A stretch of DNA of 64,000 bases, from contig JAAILG010000010.1 in NCBI GenBank assembly GCA_012026655.1, positions 62,001 to 126,000 on the forward strand, given 5' to 3'. Within the stretch, counting starts at the first letter, position 1; each line of letters begins with the position of its first letter. This DNA comes from Hydrolagus affinis. Lineage: Eukaryota. The translations under genes were made by a program, and so were the position numbers. A model generated the notes under the pieces. It was not told the origin of the DNA, ran no database searches, and saw nothing but the letters and a program-made list of their open reading frames with translations. Shown here piece by piece: positions 56,601 to 64,000 of this stretch.

Positions 56601-59600
56601 TGAATTTCAATATGTCAAAATCACTATCAATACATTCCAGTTGAAAGAGTTCCATGACAGTTTGCATTTGTTAGTTGTGACACCTTCCTGACCTCTCTAA
56701 TATGGTACAGCTCTGGTGATTTATTGTACATTACTTCAATTAATATGATACAGAAAGAGGAAAATGCAAAAAAATGAAGATTTTAAGCAGTCATTTACCA
56801 GAAAACAGATGTATGATGGATAATTGCCACCTAGTGACATATTGCAGATTGAAACACTCATTATCAATACATTACTATTGCAATACACAATTTTTTGGTG
56901 TTCTAAGCATGTACAGTACTGTCATTTCAAGAAAATGTTTCACAGACTATGGATAGAATATCATATTTGGAAGAGTTTGAGACAAATGGCAAAATACCTC
57001 ACAAGTACCTTGTGTTCTGTTCTGTTTCATGCTCGTAAATATATCAAATAATTAGGGTTACACAGTGCTTCCATGATCCAATATTTGTGACACACTGGCA
57101 CAGCTGAGATTCGCTACACCGCAAGTCCCTCAGTCAAACAAGCCAGATAAGGGAATGCACAGAACATGTGCTTCTCAACAGAGATGGGAGAGATTAGAGA
57201 AGCATCAGATGGTGAGTCATCAAGGCGATTTGATAGGAGCCATGTATTAGGTGGGGAAATTCACCAAGATTTGATGACAAATTGTTAAATTATTTTAAGT
57301 TTCAAATGTATGTTTCCCCTCATTCATAATGTCATTTTAAATTTCGATAATCCAAAACCTTCTCAAAATCTTCTCGATAATCCAAAACCTTGTGTTTATC
57401 ATTGCAGCTGGTTACCCTATTATATCCTTGTAAATAAAGTCAGCCAGGGAAAAGACTGCTACAAATTAGATCGCTACAGATACTTCAGCATTTCCATTAC
57501 CCCTGTATGGTGGGATTTGCCAATTACAGTAAAAGCTTGTTTATATGGCACCCACGGGACCTGGCCATTGCCGGTTAAAGCGCCTGTCGGATATTCAGGC
57601 AGCCCGCAGACGAAAACCCACCACAAAAAAATTTAAGTTCTTTTGACACACACCATACACACCAGACTAAATAATAACAAATAATAACAGAATATGGTGT
57701 TGGTACTTATTGTTAAAATTACTCTCTTGTGCTTCTCACCTTTACTGGTTGAGGTTTACAGTCCAGTGATTCTTTTTTAAATGGAGGATGCCGTACGGGT
57801 GAAAAAAACAGCAGCGCGACTTTAAGGTCGCGCGACTTTGCTAGCGGCAAGGCGATAACCCTAGACTCTACTAGCGGCAAACTGAAATACTGCACCTGCT
57901 CGACAACGTGGGTTATCGGCTAGTGTTATCGGCTTGCCGCTAGTAGGCTTTAAAGTCGCACTCCGTTTTTTTCACCTGCTTGGCGTCTTCCATTTTAAAA
58001 AGAATCGCTGGACTATAAACCTCAACATCATGACTTCAAGCACAGCATCTACCAGTAAAGGTGAGAAGCGCAAGTGAGCAGTTTTAACAATAAATGCCAA
58101 TACAATATTCTGTTATTATCTGTTATTATTAATGCAATTACAAATGCTCCACTGCTATTATTCCAGATACATTCCGGTTTATCGAATGGGGACTTTTTTT
58201 TTTTTGGCATATCGATTATATGGAAGTGCCGGTTCATCGAGTCACGGATAAATAGGCTTCTACAGTACCAAGAAATAACAAAAATGAGGTAAATATCAAG
58301 TCAATTTATTAAAAAATAATAATCCTTGCATTTGATATAGTGCTTTTCATGTCTTCTAGATTTCTCAAACCGCTTCACAGAGTATCAGAACTGCCAACCT
58401 TCAAGGAAGATTTTCAGGAAGGTTGTATTTTCAGGAAGGTTGTAGTAATTTTTCAGGAAGGTTTGTTACATTTTTAGGAAGGATTTTGTTATTGCCTCTA
58501 TCACTTCAGTATCAGCCAATAGTTAAGCCAGGGCTCAACATTAACAGACATCCAGGCACTCTGGACACCTTAATTTTGCACATCTGCGATTTACATCCGT
58601 GGTTTAAATTTTCAAGTTTCACTCCTCCAAACAAGGAACCGTATTCATCCGCGTATTGATGTGTGTATTCATGTGGTTCCCGTCTATCAGCATCTTTACT
58701 ACCCCACACGGTCTAGCTGCACTCATGGATCTACAGGTACTGTGTATGTGTGAACAGCTAGCGTATAGCACTAGGACCCAGTTGCTATGTTGCAATCAAC
58801 CAGCGACAACGGTTCTCGCTTAGGATTAAGGTAAATACAATGCTTCTCTCTATAGTATTTCACTTTCTCTTCTCCATTAAACTGATTTCTTCCATCCTTC
58901 CCCTACTGACCATAGGTGATGCAAGGGGTATTTAGCTCAAATTATGAAATGGCAAAAAATCGGAAGTTATTTATCTGGGATTGGGAGGGCAGAAGGGAGC
59001 ATGTAAAAGCGGAAGGCTTCTGCAAAAATCGGGAGGGTTGGCAGCTCTGGAGTATACTGTAAAGTGAATTTGACTGTATATTTGTGGGCGAAATGTGGCA
59101 GCCAATTGCGCACAGCAGCGTCCCACAAACAGTTGTCAATTGAAATGACCAATTTTTTTTATTTCTTGAGGGATTATTATCAGGCATGTGGAGTGAGGAA
59201 ACTTGCCAAAGGTTTCGCCCTGCCTGGAATCAAATCTAGTTTCTCTTGTTTCTAAGGTGCGTGCTCTAACCACTGAGCTATAGGACACCACATTGTATAC
59301 AATTTTCCAATGTAAGATCAGTGTCACCAAAAGAAACAAAAACAATAATTCTGTTGTTTAAATACTTTGATGTAGATAAAAAATAACTTGTTTCAGTTAC
59401 AAAAAAGTGCTTACAAATCTGTTATTATCATCATCATCAATGGGTGTGTATTTTTGGTTCACCAGGTGTCTGACACATATAGAAAACTACCACCAAACCA
59501 GACAAAGTTCCACAATGTATGCCACCTATACTTGGAAATCTCCCTTCACTCACTCCTTGTAGTGATGCAACCTGCTAAACAAATTCTGGAGAAAAATTCC

Positions 59601-60847
59601 GGATCTACAGTTTGTGGGTGGCAGAATGTACGTTGGGGTGTTCAGGAATTCAACCAGCTAAAACTCCAGCACCTTAGAATGTCCTCCTGATGTGAAAGGT
59701 GCTATATAAATATAATTTTGTTGTTGACAGATCACCCTGTCAGGGTAAGCAGTAGCAAAGTAGGAAAAATATCTTCTCTGGTGAGACTAGTGTCTATCAC
59801 CACCCGTTTTTTTGAATGAGGCATTAAACTCATTTGCCATATTTGCCTATGTAACATTCAGTACATTTCAAATGATTCTCCTTTATGAAGATTTTCAATA
59901 AAGCACCACTACAATGTTATTTTCTTCCAAAGTGAAAATTAAAAATTAATGGATAGAAATTTCACCTGGTGAGCCTTTTTCAAAAGAATTTGCAGAAAAC
60001 TTGTTTCAAAATTAAAAACTACACTTAAGCATTTGATAAATCCCCTGAAATGCGACGTTAATAGACTAAATCGAGACCCAGGTAGAATTTCTACCCACCG
60101 GACAAACGGAAAAAGCTAATTCAAACTCTCAAAATCTTATTGCTTGGAACAATTGACTTCATTCAACTTACTATAATTTGTAGGTTTCTCCTGATAGTAC
60201 AGGTAACATCATTCATTGACAATAGAGACAAATTGGTTGATGCCATATAGATTGAAACACGAGTGCCTTAAATAGCTTGACCAAACTAAAAGGAGTTCAA
60301 GCTTCAAAGAGACTCATGATCAGAAACACTGAGTACCAATATTCTGATTCCATTATAGGCAACTGAACGTTCATGTGAATAATGGATCAGACCATGTCAG
60401 GATCCCATATGGAATCAGTTGAAATGAAATGTGTCCATGAAATTTTTCATGCAAAATCTCCCTAACAGAAAAGGGAAGAAAGGAAATGTAAGTTTTAAAA
60501 TAGCAATCAAAAAGACTGCCGTTTATGGTAACAGGATGTTACAGAGACATAGAATCATGGAAACGAGACTAAAGCTCCACTTGTACAAGACAGGTGAAGG
60601 ACATGCTATACAATCAGTACCAGCTGACATTCAATAGTGGCTTTAATCAGTAAATGCTGGCTATTTGGGTCAACAAAATCATAAAGGAAGAGATTACAAA
60701 GTAAAACTAATGGAGACACTGATCAAAGTGTGTTCTAGTAATGAGTAGCAGGTGTCTCTAACCTTGCAATCCACCAATTCCAGCCAGGCACAGGCCTACA
60801 TCCTTCACAGGGAGGTCTCCTGCTGTCTCATCAGCCAGGTCTGACAT
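5539..60847 (-). CDS. RPGRIP1L: RPGRIP1-like protein (fantom/NPHP8/MKS5); multi-exon gene, 3' part (RID domain) not in window
   Basis: Spliced translation begins [67 protein letters not shown] and continues through [35 protein letters not shown] and [11 protein letters not shown] to [17 protein letters not shown]. This matches vertebrate RPGRIP1L as recalled. All traced exons have AG acceptors and compatible phases. Confidence 0.97.
6371..6539 (-). CDS. RPGRIP1L: Acidic linker exon, [56 protein letters not shown]
   Basis: ttatcag|GAT...CAA G|gttagc; 169 nt, phase 0 to 1; VSDLSDGQI resembles recalled human VSLLSEGQL. Confidence 0.88.
6980..7057 (-). CDS. RPGRIP1L: Repeat exon R0 (intact), [26 protein letters not shown]
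   Basis: ttgtag|TTG...CAG|gtatgt; 78 nt, phase 0/0. Confidence 0.75.
7200..7416. mobile_element. Tc1/mariner-pogo (Tigger-like) MITE, family B
   Basis: TA|CAGTAAAAGCATCTTTATCCAGCAC ... GTGCCGGATAAACGGGCTTTCACTG; related copies at 24421, 28783, 57527. Confidence 0.75.
7798..7872 (-). CDS. RPGRIP1L: Repeat exon R1 (intact), [25 protein letters not shown]
   Basis: ttgtag|ATA...GAG|gtatat; 75 nt. Confidence 0.7.
8756..8829 (-). pseudogene. Repeat exon R2, 1-nt deletion (74 nt), frameshift to TAG
   Basis: GTA AAG CAA ACT CCT AAA GGC AGG AAG TTA CAG GAG ATT AAA GTG CTG TAG; splice sites retained; a sequencing error in the A-run cannot be excluded. Confidence 0.65.
9498..9572 (-). CDS. RPGRIP1L: Repeat exon R3 (intact), [25 protein letters not shown]
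   Basis: tttgcag|GTA...GAG|gtacat; 75 nt. Confidence 0.7.
9969..10043 (-). CDS. RPGRIP1L: Repeat exon R4 (intact), [25 protein letters not shown]
   Basis: ttcatag|GTT...CAG|gtatat; 75 nt. Confidence 0.7.
10819..10893 (-). CDS. RPGRIP1L: Repeat exon R5 (intact), [25 protein letters not shown]
   Basis: ttgtag|GTA...CAG|gtatat; 75 nt. Confidence 0.7.
11683..11757 (-). pseudogene. Repeat exon R6, last codon is TAG: [24 protein letters not shown]
   Basis: ctgtag|GTA...AAC TAG|gtacat; 75 nt, splice sites intact. Confidence 0.7.
11916..11990 (-). CDS. RPGRIP1L: Repeat exon R7 (open, weaker AAG acceptor), [25 protein letters not shown]
   Basis: tttgaag|GTA...AAG|gtatat; 75 nt. Confidence 0.6.
12455..12526 (-). 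CDS. RPGRIP1L: Repeat exon R8 (intact, one codon shorter), [24 protein letters not shown]
   Basis: ttgtag|ATA...CAG|gtatat; 72 nt. Confidence 0.68.
13150..13224 (-). CDS. RPGRIP1L: Repeat exon R9 (intact), [25 protein letters not shown]
   Basis: ttgtag|GTT...CAG|gtatat; 75 nt. Confidence 0.7.
13412..13486 (-). CDS. RPGRIP1L: Repeat exon R10 (intact), [25 protein letters not shown]
   Basis: tttatag|GTA...CAG|gtatgc; 75 nt. Confidence 0.7.
13604..14475. mobile_element. Tigger/pogo-like non-autonomous DNA transposon with GA/G-rich internal repeats
   Basis: TIRs CAGGTACCCCTCCCCAACC and GGTTGGGGCGGGATACCTG|TA; subterminal GGGGGATACGTTCC resembles Tigger-type MITEs; inserted in the exon array. 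Confidence 0.75.
14547..14627 (-). CDS. RPGRIP1L: Repeat exon R11 (type B, intact), [27 protein letters not shown]
   Basis: ataatag|ATA...CAG|gtacac; 81 nt; poor polypyrimidine tract. Confidence 0.55.
14751..14834 (-). pseudogene. Repeat exon R12 with in-frame TAA: [27 protein letters not shown]
   Basis: ttgtag|GTA...CAG|gtatgc; 84 nt. Confidence 0.65.
15180..15216 (-). pseudogene. Truncated repeat-exon fragment [12 protein letters not shown], no donor
   Basis: gtttag|GTA AAG CCA TCT CCC AGT GTT GTT GCC, then runs into duplicated intron sequence. Confidence 0.55.
15594..15728 (-). pseudogene. Repeat exon R13, fused type A + type B with two stops: [43 protein letters not shown]
   Basis: tttatag|GTA AAA TAA...CGG|gtattt; 135 nt. 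Confidence 0.6.
16137..16797 (+). mobile_element. 5'-truncated L2-clade LINE (ORF2 C-terminus, 3'UTR and (TTG)n tail)
   Basis: Translates to [64 protein letters not shown]; ends TGAAAGGCGCTCTATAATTGTAATTTTGTTGTTG. Confidence 0.88.
16980..17057 (-). CDS. RPGRIP1L: Repeat exon R14 (type B, open frame, GC donor), [26 protein letters not shown]
   Basis: tgtgcag|ATA...GAG|gcacat (sister copies have gtacat/gtacac); 78 nt. Confidence 0.45.
17817..17903 (-). CDS. RPGRIP1L: Coding exon 18, [29 protein letters not shown]
   Basis: actttag|ACA...ACA|gtaagt; 87 nt, phase 0/0; PKPR..VSF motif as recalled for orthologues. Confidence 0.9.
18451..18647 (-). CDS. RPGRIP1L: Coding exon 17, [32 protein letters not shown]...LPVSET(VTK); 3' end ambiguous (18451 GT donor or 18442 GC donor)
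   Basis: atttgcag|GT ACA...; donors ACC|gtaaca or AAG|gcaagg, both phase 0. Confidence 0.88.
18927..19293 (-). CDS. RPGRIP1L: Coding exon 16, VATTSQ...[18 protein letters not shown]...LAHDKYIS (second C2 domain)
   Basis: tctatag|GTG...TCA G|gtaata; 367 nt. Confidence 0.95.
19822..19973 (-). CDS. RPGRIP1L: Coding exon 15, [51 protein letters not shown]
   Basis: aatgcag|GT...GAG|gtaaat; 152 nt. Confidence 0.95.
21121..21795. mobile_element. Young Tc2/pogo-like MITE, CpG-rich, spans two assembly gaps
   Basis: TA|CCGTAAATACCCGCGTATAAGGCGCAC ... GTGTGCCTTATACGCGGAGATTTACGG|TA; near-perfect ~27 bp TIRs and TA TSD. Confidence 0.85.
21248..21540. other. Assembly gaps (N runs 21248-21347 and 21398-21540) in a (GGCA/GGGA)n tract
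   Basis: Runs of N. Confidence 0.99.
23097..23400 (-). mobile_element. tRNA-head SINE with DeuSINE-like 3' part and (ATT)n tail, family A
   Basis: Core gcggcagccaattgcgcacagcagcgtcccacaaacag and tail tcaaatgcaaggattattatt (reverse strand); partial copies near 17395, 21820, 27225, 28655, 40385, 46510, 47995. Confidence 0.8.
23860..23985 (+). mobile_element. L2 LINE fragment
   Basis: ctacaaatcatccagaactctgcagcccgtgtcc ([12 protein letters not shown]), similar to 16270-16300. Confidence 0.65.
24421..24550. mobile_element. MITE family B, short copy
   Basis: TA|CTGTAAAAGCCCGTTTTTCCGGCACC ... GATAAACAGGCTTTTACTG|TA. Confidence 0.72.
25005..25457 (-). CDS. RPGRIP1L: Coding exon 14, [18 protein letters not shown]...[10 protein letters not shown] (first C2 domain)
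   Basis: atttcag|CC...GTT G|gtgagt; 453 nt; inside ORF 24997..25500. Confidence 0.96.
26219..26336 (-). CDS. RPGRIP1L: Coding exon 13, [39 protein letters not shown]
   Basis: cttcag|AAT...GAA G|gtatga; 118 nt. Confidence 0.94.
28085..28452 (-). mobile_element. SINE family A, near full length
   Basis: Tail ataataatccttgcatatgatatagc; head ggaatagaacacaggtctctcgcttgggaggagaatgttctaaccactgagct (tRNA-like, reverse strand). Confidence 0.8.
28783..29263. mobile_element. MITE family B, opposite orientation
   Basis: TA|TAGTAAAAGCCCATTTATCCG ... GTGCCGGATAAACGAGTTTTTACTG|TA. Confidence 0.78.
30833..31012 (-). CDS. RPGRIP1L: Coding exon 12, [60 protein letters not shown]
   Basis: gttatag|GTA...CAG|gtaatt; 180 nt. 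Confidence 0.95.
31605..31655 (-). CDS. RPGRIP1L: Coding exon 11, [17 protein letters not shown]
   Basis: atttcag|GAG...AAG|gtaatg; 51 nt. Confidence 0.92.
31917..32023 (-). CDS. RPGRIP1L: Coding exon 10, [36 protein letters not shown]
   Basis: atctcag|AA...AAA|gtaagt; 107 nt. Confidence 0.93.
32395..32770 (+). mobile_element. Old DeuSINE (AmnSINE1/SacSINE1-like) copy
   Basis: gtgggttcaagt (B-box-like)..gccatcttttggatga..gcctgctcaggtgacataaaagatcccctgg..gcacaaattggctaccgcgtt, matching the Deu domain as recalled. Confidence 0.6.
34561..34660. other. Assembly gap (100 N)
   Basis: Run of N. Confidence 0.99.
35420..35661. mobile_element. Old MITE with TIR GGG(T/G)AGAAATTCCACCTGGGTCT
   Basis: ggggagaaattccacctgggtctc ... 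agacccaggtggaatttctactc; similar pair at ~59950-60097. Confidence 0.55.
36375..36514 (-). CDS. RPGRIP1L: Coding exon 9, [47 protein letters not shown]
   Basis: gttacag|T GCC...AGA G|gtattt; 140 nt. Confidence 0.95.
38840..39212 (+). mobile_element. L2 LINE 3' fragment
   Basis: Similar to 16330-16700 (cagaggatagaattcaaaatcctcaccctcacctttaaggctctccatgg...). Confidence 0.8.
39258..39331 (-). CDS. RPGRIP1L: Coding exon 8, [24 protein letters not shown]
   Basis: aaatcag|CTA...AAC AG|gtacat; 74 nt. Confidence 0.92.
40127..40273 (-). CDS. RPGRIP1L: Coding exon 7, [49 protein letters not shown]
   Basis: cttacag|AAC...GAG|gtggct; 147 nt. Confidence 0.93.
41268..41373 (-). CDS. RPGRIP1L: Coding exon 6, [35 protein letters not shown]
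   Basis: actacag|A...GAG|gtgaga; 106 nt. Confidence 0.94.
43420..43730 (-). mobile_element. SINE family A, near full length
   Basis: Same tail, core and tRNA-like head as the 23097 and 28085 copies. Confidence 0.8.
44029..44172 (-). CDS. RPGRIP1L: Coding exon 5, [48 protein letters not shown]
   Basis: tctttag|G...CAG AG|gtaaaa; 144 nt. Confidence 0.93.
49317..49422 (-). CDS. RPGRIP1L: Coding exon 4, [36 protein letters not shown]
   Basis: tttgttag|GA...AAT CT|gtaagt; 106 nt. Confidence 0.92.
51667..51965 (-). CDS. RPGRIP1L: Coding exon 3, [13 protein letters not shown]...ENLKR (coiled coil)
   Basis: ctgttag|G ATG...AGA G|gtatta; 299 nt. Confidence 0.95.
53536..53760. mobile_element. Penelope-like terminal repeat in inverted (fold-back) arrangement
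   Basis: ~85 bp arms aacaaaaacagagatcactgggaacactcagcaggtcagg..gtccac and gtggatcc..cctgctgagtgttcccagcgatatctgtttttgtt; related copy at 51170-51325. Confidence 0.65.
56361..56505 (-). CDS. RPGRIP1L: Coding exon 2, [49 protein letters not shown]
   Basis: aatcacag|AA...AAA AG|gttctg; 145 nt, phase 1 to 2. Confidence 0.95.
57527..58265. mobile_element. MITE family B, long copy with internal fold-back
   Basis: TA|CAGTAAAAGCTTGTTTATATGGCACC ... CGGATAAATAGGCTTCTACAG|TA; internal inverted arms ~57665-57870 and ~57930-58130. Confidence 0.78.
58313..59286 (-). mobile_element. SINE family A, split by the 58386-59049 insertion
   Basis: Tail half 58313-58385 and core/head half 59050-59286 join seamlessly into the family A sequence. 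Confidence 0.8.
58386..59049. mobile_element. Non-autonomous DNA transposon with 6-bp TSD, inserted in a SINE
   Basis: GAGTAT|CAGAACTGCCAACCTTC ... GAGGGTTGGCAGCTCTG|GAGTAT. Confidence 0.8.
60763..60847 (-). CDS. RPGRIP1L: Coding exon 1 (ATG exon), [28 protein letters not shown]
   Basis: tttcacag|AAC ATG ... CAA G|gttaga; 85 coding nt; not in ORF track. Confidence 0.93.
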
Positions 60848-63800
60848 GTTCTGTGAAAGAAAGACGACAAATTACCCTTGAGTGTTTTTTTTATCCACAC
60901 CTTGTACCTAACATCTTGGGATTTGATCACTACACAGATGGGGTCACCTTAGTTTTATGACTTTCCTTTAGAGAGACTTCATGTTTTGAAGCTGAGGTTA
61001 TTAAAGTAATGAAAACATTTCGTGAATACTTCAGAGTGGTGATAAAAAAAACTTAGCTTAATCCTTGTGCTGTTTAGAACCTTTCATCTGTGACTCAGAT
61101 AAATTACAATACAAAGCATACAACCACTTTGTTCTGCCTATGAAATAACCAACCCCAGCTTTAAAGTCTTTACCACCTGCTCAACATCTGGGTGCTTATA
61201 TTAAACTACGATTTGTTAAATATTTCCAAATCCAGGTGTTTCATTTTTTACAAAGAATTTTATTAGCAGCTTCTGCTAAATCAAAAAAGTCCACCAAGTT
61301 TTGCATTATAGTTGTTTTTTTAAATATATGGAATCCAATTAGATTAATGATGTGTGCACTGAGGCTAATTTAGTAGATGCATCGACAAAATAGCACTGAT
61401 GGGTGATTGGCACTGATTAGCACTTATAGTGCCAATTAGATTTATTGAAGATCACAACTAAAACATTTTTCAAATTCCTGATATGTTCTGCATCAAATTT
61501 TCCAAACACACAATAAATGTGCAATTGACCCTGAGGGGAAAGGGCATTTCAATAGCTTTAACACAGTGCAACATATTTGTGGAAAACAGAAAAAGTTAGG
61601 ATATTTCAGAACCAAACAGCACAGTTTACAAACACCCACAAGTGATAAAAGACAACAATCTCATCAAGAGGGGCATGAGATTGAGTGGGATTTCCTATCT
61701 TTATTTCCTCTCCACTGCAGATGAAGACCTCAATTCATTCTAGTGAATGGTACCATGTCACACCCATGATAATTTTTCAAGGGAGACAGTGAGCATTGTC
61801 AAGGTGATGCTGCTTTCATTTGGCATTGAGCCGTGTTCATACCTCCTGTAGATGTCACTGGATAATGACCAGAACTAGGTACAGTACTTAAATGGCTTTG
61901 TTTCATATCCCAAGGTAGGCTAAGATCAGCTAAGCCAACAGGAATTTATTCTCAATATATACTGCATTCACATCAATGACAAGACAAACCACAAGAAATG
62001 AACCCCAAAAATCTATAGGACAGTAATGCAGCTCCTTGGCTGGTTAATATCTCCACAAATGTCAACAGATTTCAAAATGAAACTGATGTAACTTTCAATT
62101 GCTTTTAAACAGACAATGTCAGCAAGCTTTTAAAAGGTTAAAATGTAGATTGACACATTGACATCTATTTCATTCACATATACTGTACAGTACTTCTGAA
62201 TCTTGAGTATAATTCCAGCGTCCTCCTGATATGAAAGGCACTATACAAATGTAATTTTGTTATTGTTGAGGTTCTAGATATATGAATATACATACAGTAG
62301 TTTACCAAAAGCTGAATCATATTGTTAAACAGAGTGACTCTTTGTAAACAGAATGCATCAGCGGAAACTTGATACAGAAACAAATTTAAAACTTGAATGA
62401 TTAATACTATATTTCAGAACCAAACAACAGTTTACAAAGATTCTTCTAAAGTTTCCATTGAGCTCTACTGGAAATGTAACATCAAAGTGCAACTTTTTAC
62501 AACATTTATAAAGTACAACTTTTTATTATTTAAAAGTGAGAATGACAAGTCTAAGTAGCAATACTTTCTAGTTTAGCCAAACAACTGCCACTCCAATCCT
62601 AAACTAATAAATTCTCTTTTTATAAACAAAGTGGTTCTTATTTTGTTTGAAAAAATGGCACTGTACTCTCATCCCTCTAAAACACTACCACCTTACCCTT
62701 TACTTTGATAATGTGGAGGGTCACACACAATGGAGTTTCTATCAAGGTTCCTGTAGCATTTCCTTGAATAAATAAATTTAGTTATAACTGGGTAGGAGCA
62801 TGCAGTCTACATAATTCCTCAAATTCAAAAAGTTATCCATAGGGTGCAGAAGGAAAGATCAACCCTGGTAGCTAGAAGGAAAGGTTGGTCATATTGGCCA
62901 AAACAAAACTTTTTGATAATCAAATGTTTATTATCATATCATCAGATGTCATGAATTTTACCGACTCATAAACCTACCTAATAAATCACTGAACAAATAA
63001 TTTTGTTTTAAATTCATTTGTATGCTATTCTCCTTGCTTTACTTAAATTACCAACAACATGTCAACCTCAGTCAATGGCCACATCATCTCAATGAAATCA
63101 CAATGCCACTCTGAAGTGGCTACAAATGGTTTGAAACAGCAGTATTGGTTGACATAGGAATGTGCCCCAAACACAGCTATCTGCTATGTTCTCAGGTCAC
63201 TTTTAACTTTATGGTGCATTTCTGGACTGCTAAATATTGTACCAATCCCTTGCTGTGGCCCAAATCCCTGACTGTCCAGCCTCTTTGAATGTCCTCTGAT
63301 GTAAAAGGCACCCCACAAATAACAACAACAACTTTGATTTATATAGCGCCCTCCATGCTGGATGGTGTCTCAGAGCGTTTAAATGTAATTTGTTGTTTTA
63401 AAAATTTACCAGAGCTACTAAATCCTAGACTAGATCATACCAACAGCAATCAACTGAACACTACGATTAAATGACTCTCTTGCAATTAATGCCATTGATT
63501 TGATTCCCCCCATTCCTTTCCAAAGGGCAAGGTCTATCCTCTCATACTTGTTCCAAGGAGCCATTTTTCACTCATGACTGAAGAACAGGAAGTGTTGGAG
63601 AAGACACAATAATGTTATACATTGATCCCAACTGATCTAAATTTTATTCTCAAACATCACATACCCATCTACTGATCGATGGTAGCACAGATCAGCGAAT
63701 ATTGTATATCAGAAGCAAGCCAGTTTTACCCCTGGTCTTTGCTCAGCAAAGCTAAAACTAAATGTTCCATCCTATTTCCATTTTGGGCCAAAAAACTTCC

Positions 63801-64000
63801 ATTTTGGCTGAGATCATTGACAGACACAGATTTACCTGGGATCCTCTGGGTCAGTAATACATAATACTGTTAAGTGATCTTACCAAGTGTTGCATTTTTA
63901 GCACTGTATAATCTGTGGGGTATAGATGGCAATTTTGGTTTCTAAATAGTTTACAAACAACAGGTTTTATTTTAGGGCAGACAAGGACGTCGAGGATTAC

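Noticed and set aside
60851-64000. RPGRIP1L first exon and the bidirectional promoter shared with FTO
   Set aside because: No CpG island or FTO coding sequence is visible; presumably further upstream.

Overview
AT-rich vertebrate genomic DNA, not prokaryotic. The repeat content (DeuSINE-like SINEs, L2 tails, Penelope-like ends) suggests a cartilaginous fish, possibly a chimaera; this is inference. The window holds most of RPGRIP1L (NPHP8/MKS5, ciliary transition-zone protein) on the minus strand. I traced 20 conventional coding exons by splice sites and reading phase, from the ATG exon (60763-60847) through the coiled-coil region and two C2 domains to the SDSDD..KNIKQ exon (5539-5633). The non-coding first exon and the last (RID/third C2) exons were not found in the window. 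The main oddity is at 6980-17057. Between the C2 domains and the acidic linker, where human RPGRIP1L has one short exon as I recall, there is a ~10 kb tandem array of 15 duplicated phase-0/phase-0 mini-exons plus one fragment. Most are 72-84 nt and encode [29 protein letters not shown] peptides. Ten are intact with GT-AG sites, one is open but has a GC donor, and four carry stops or a frameshift. Their introns were duplicated with them. The rest is intron with SINEs, L2 fragments, TA-site MITEs, a nested insertion, Penelope-like hammerhead remnants and some enhancer-like stretches.
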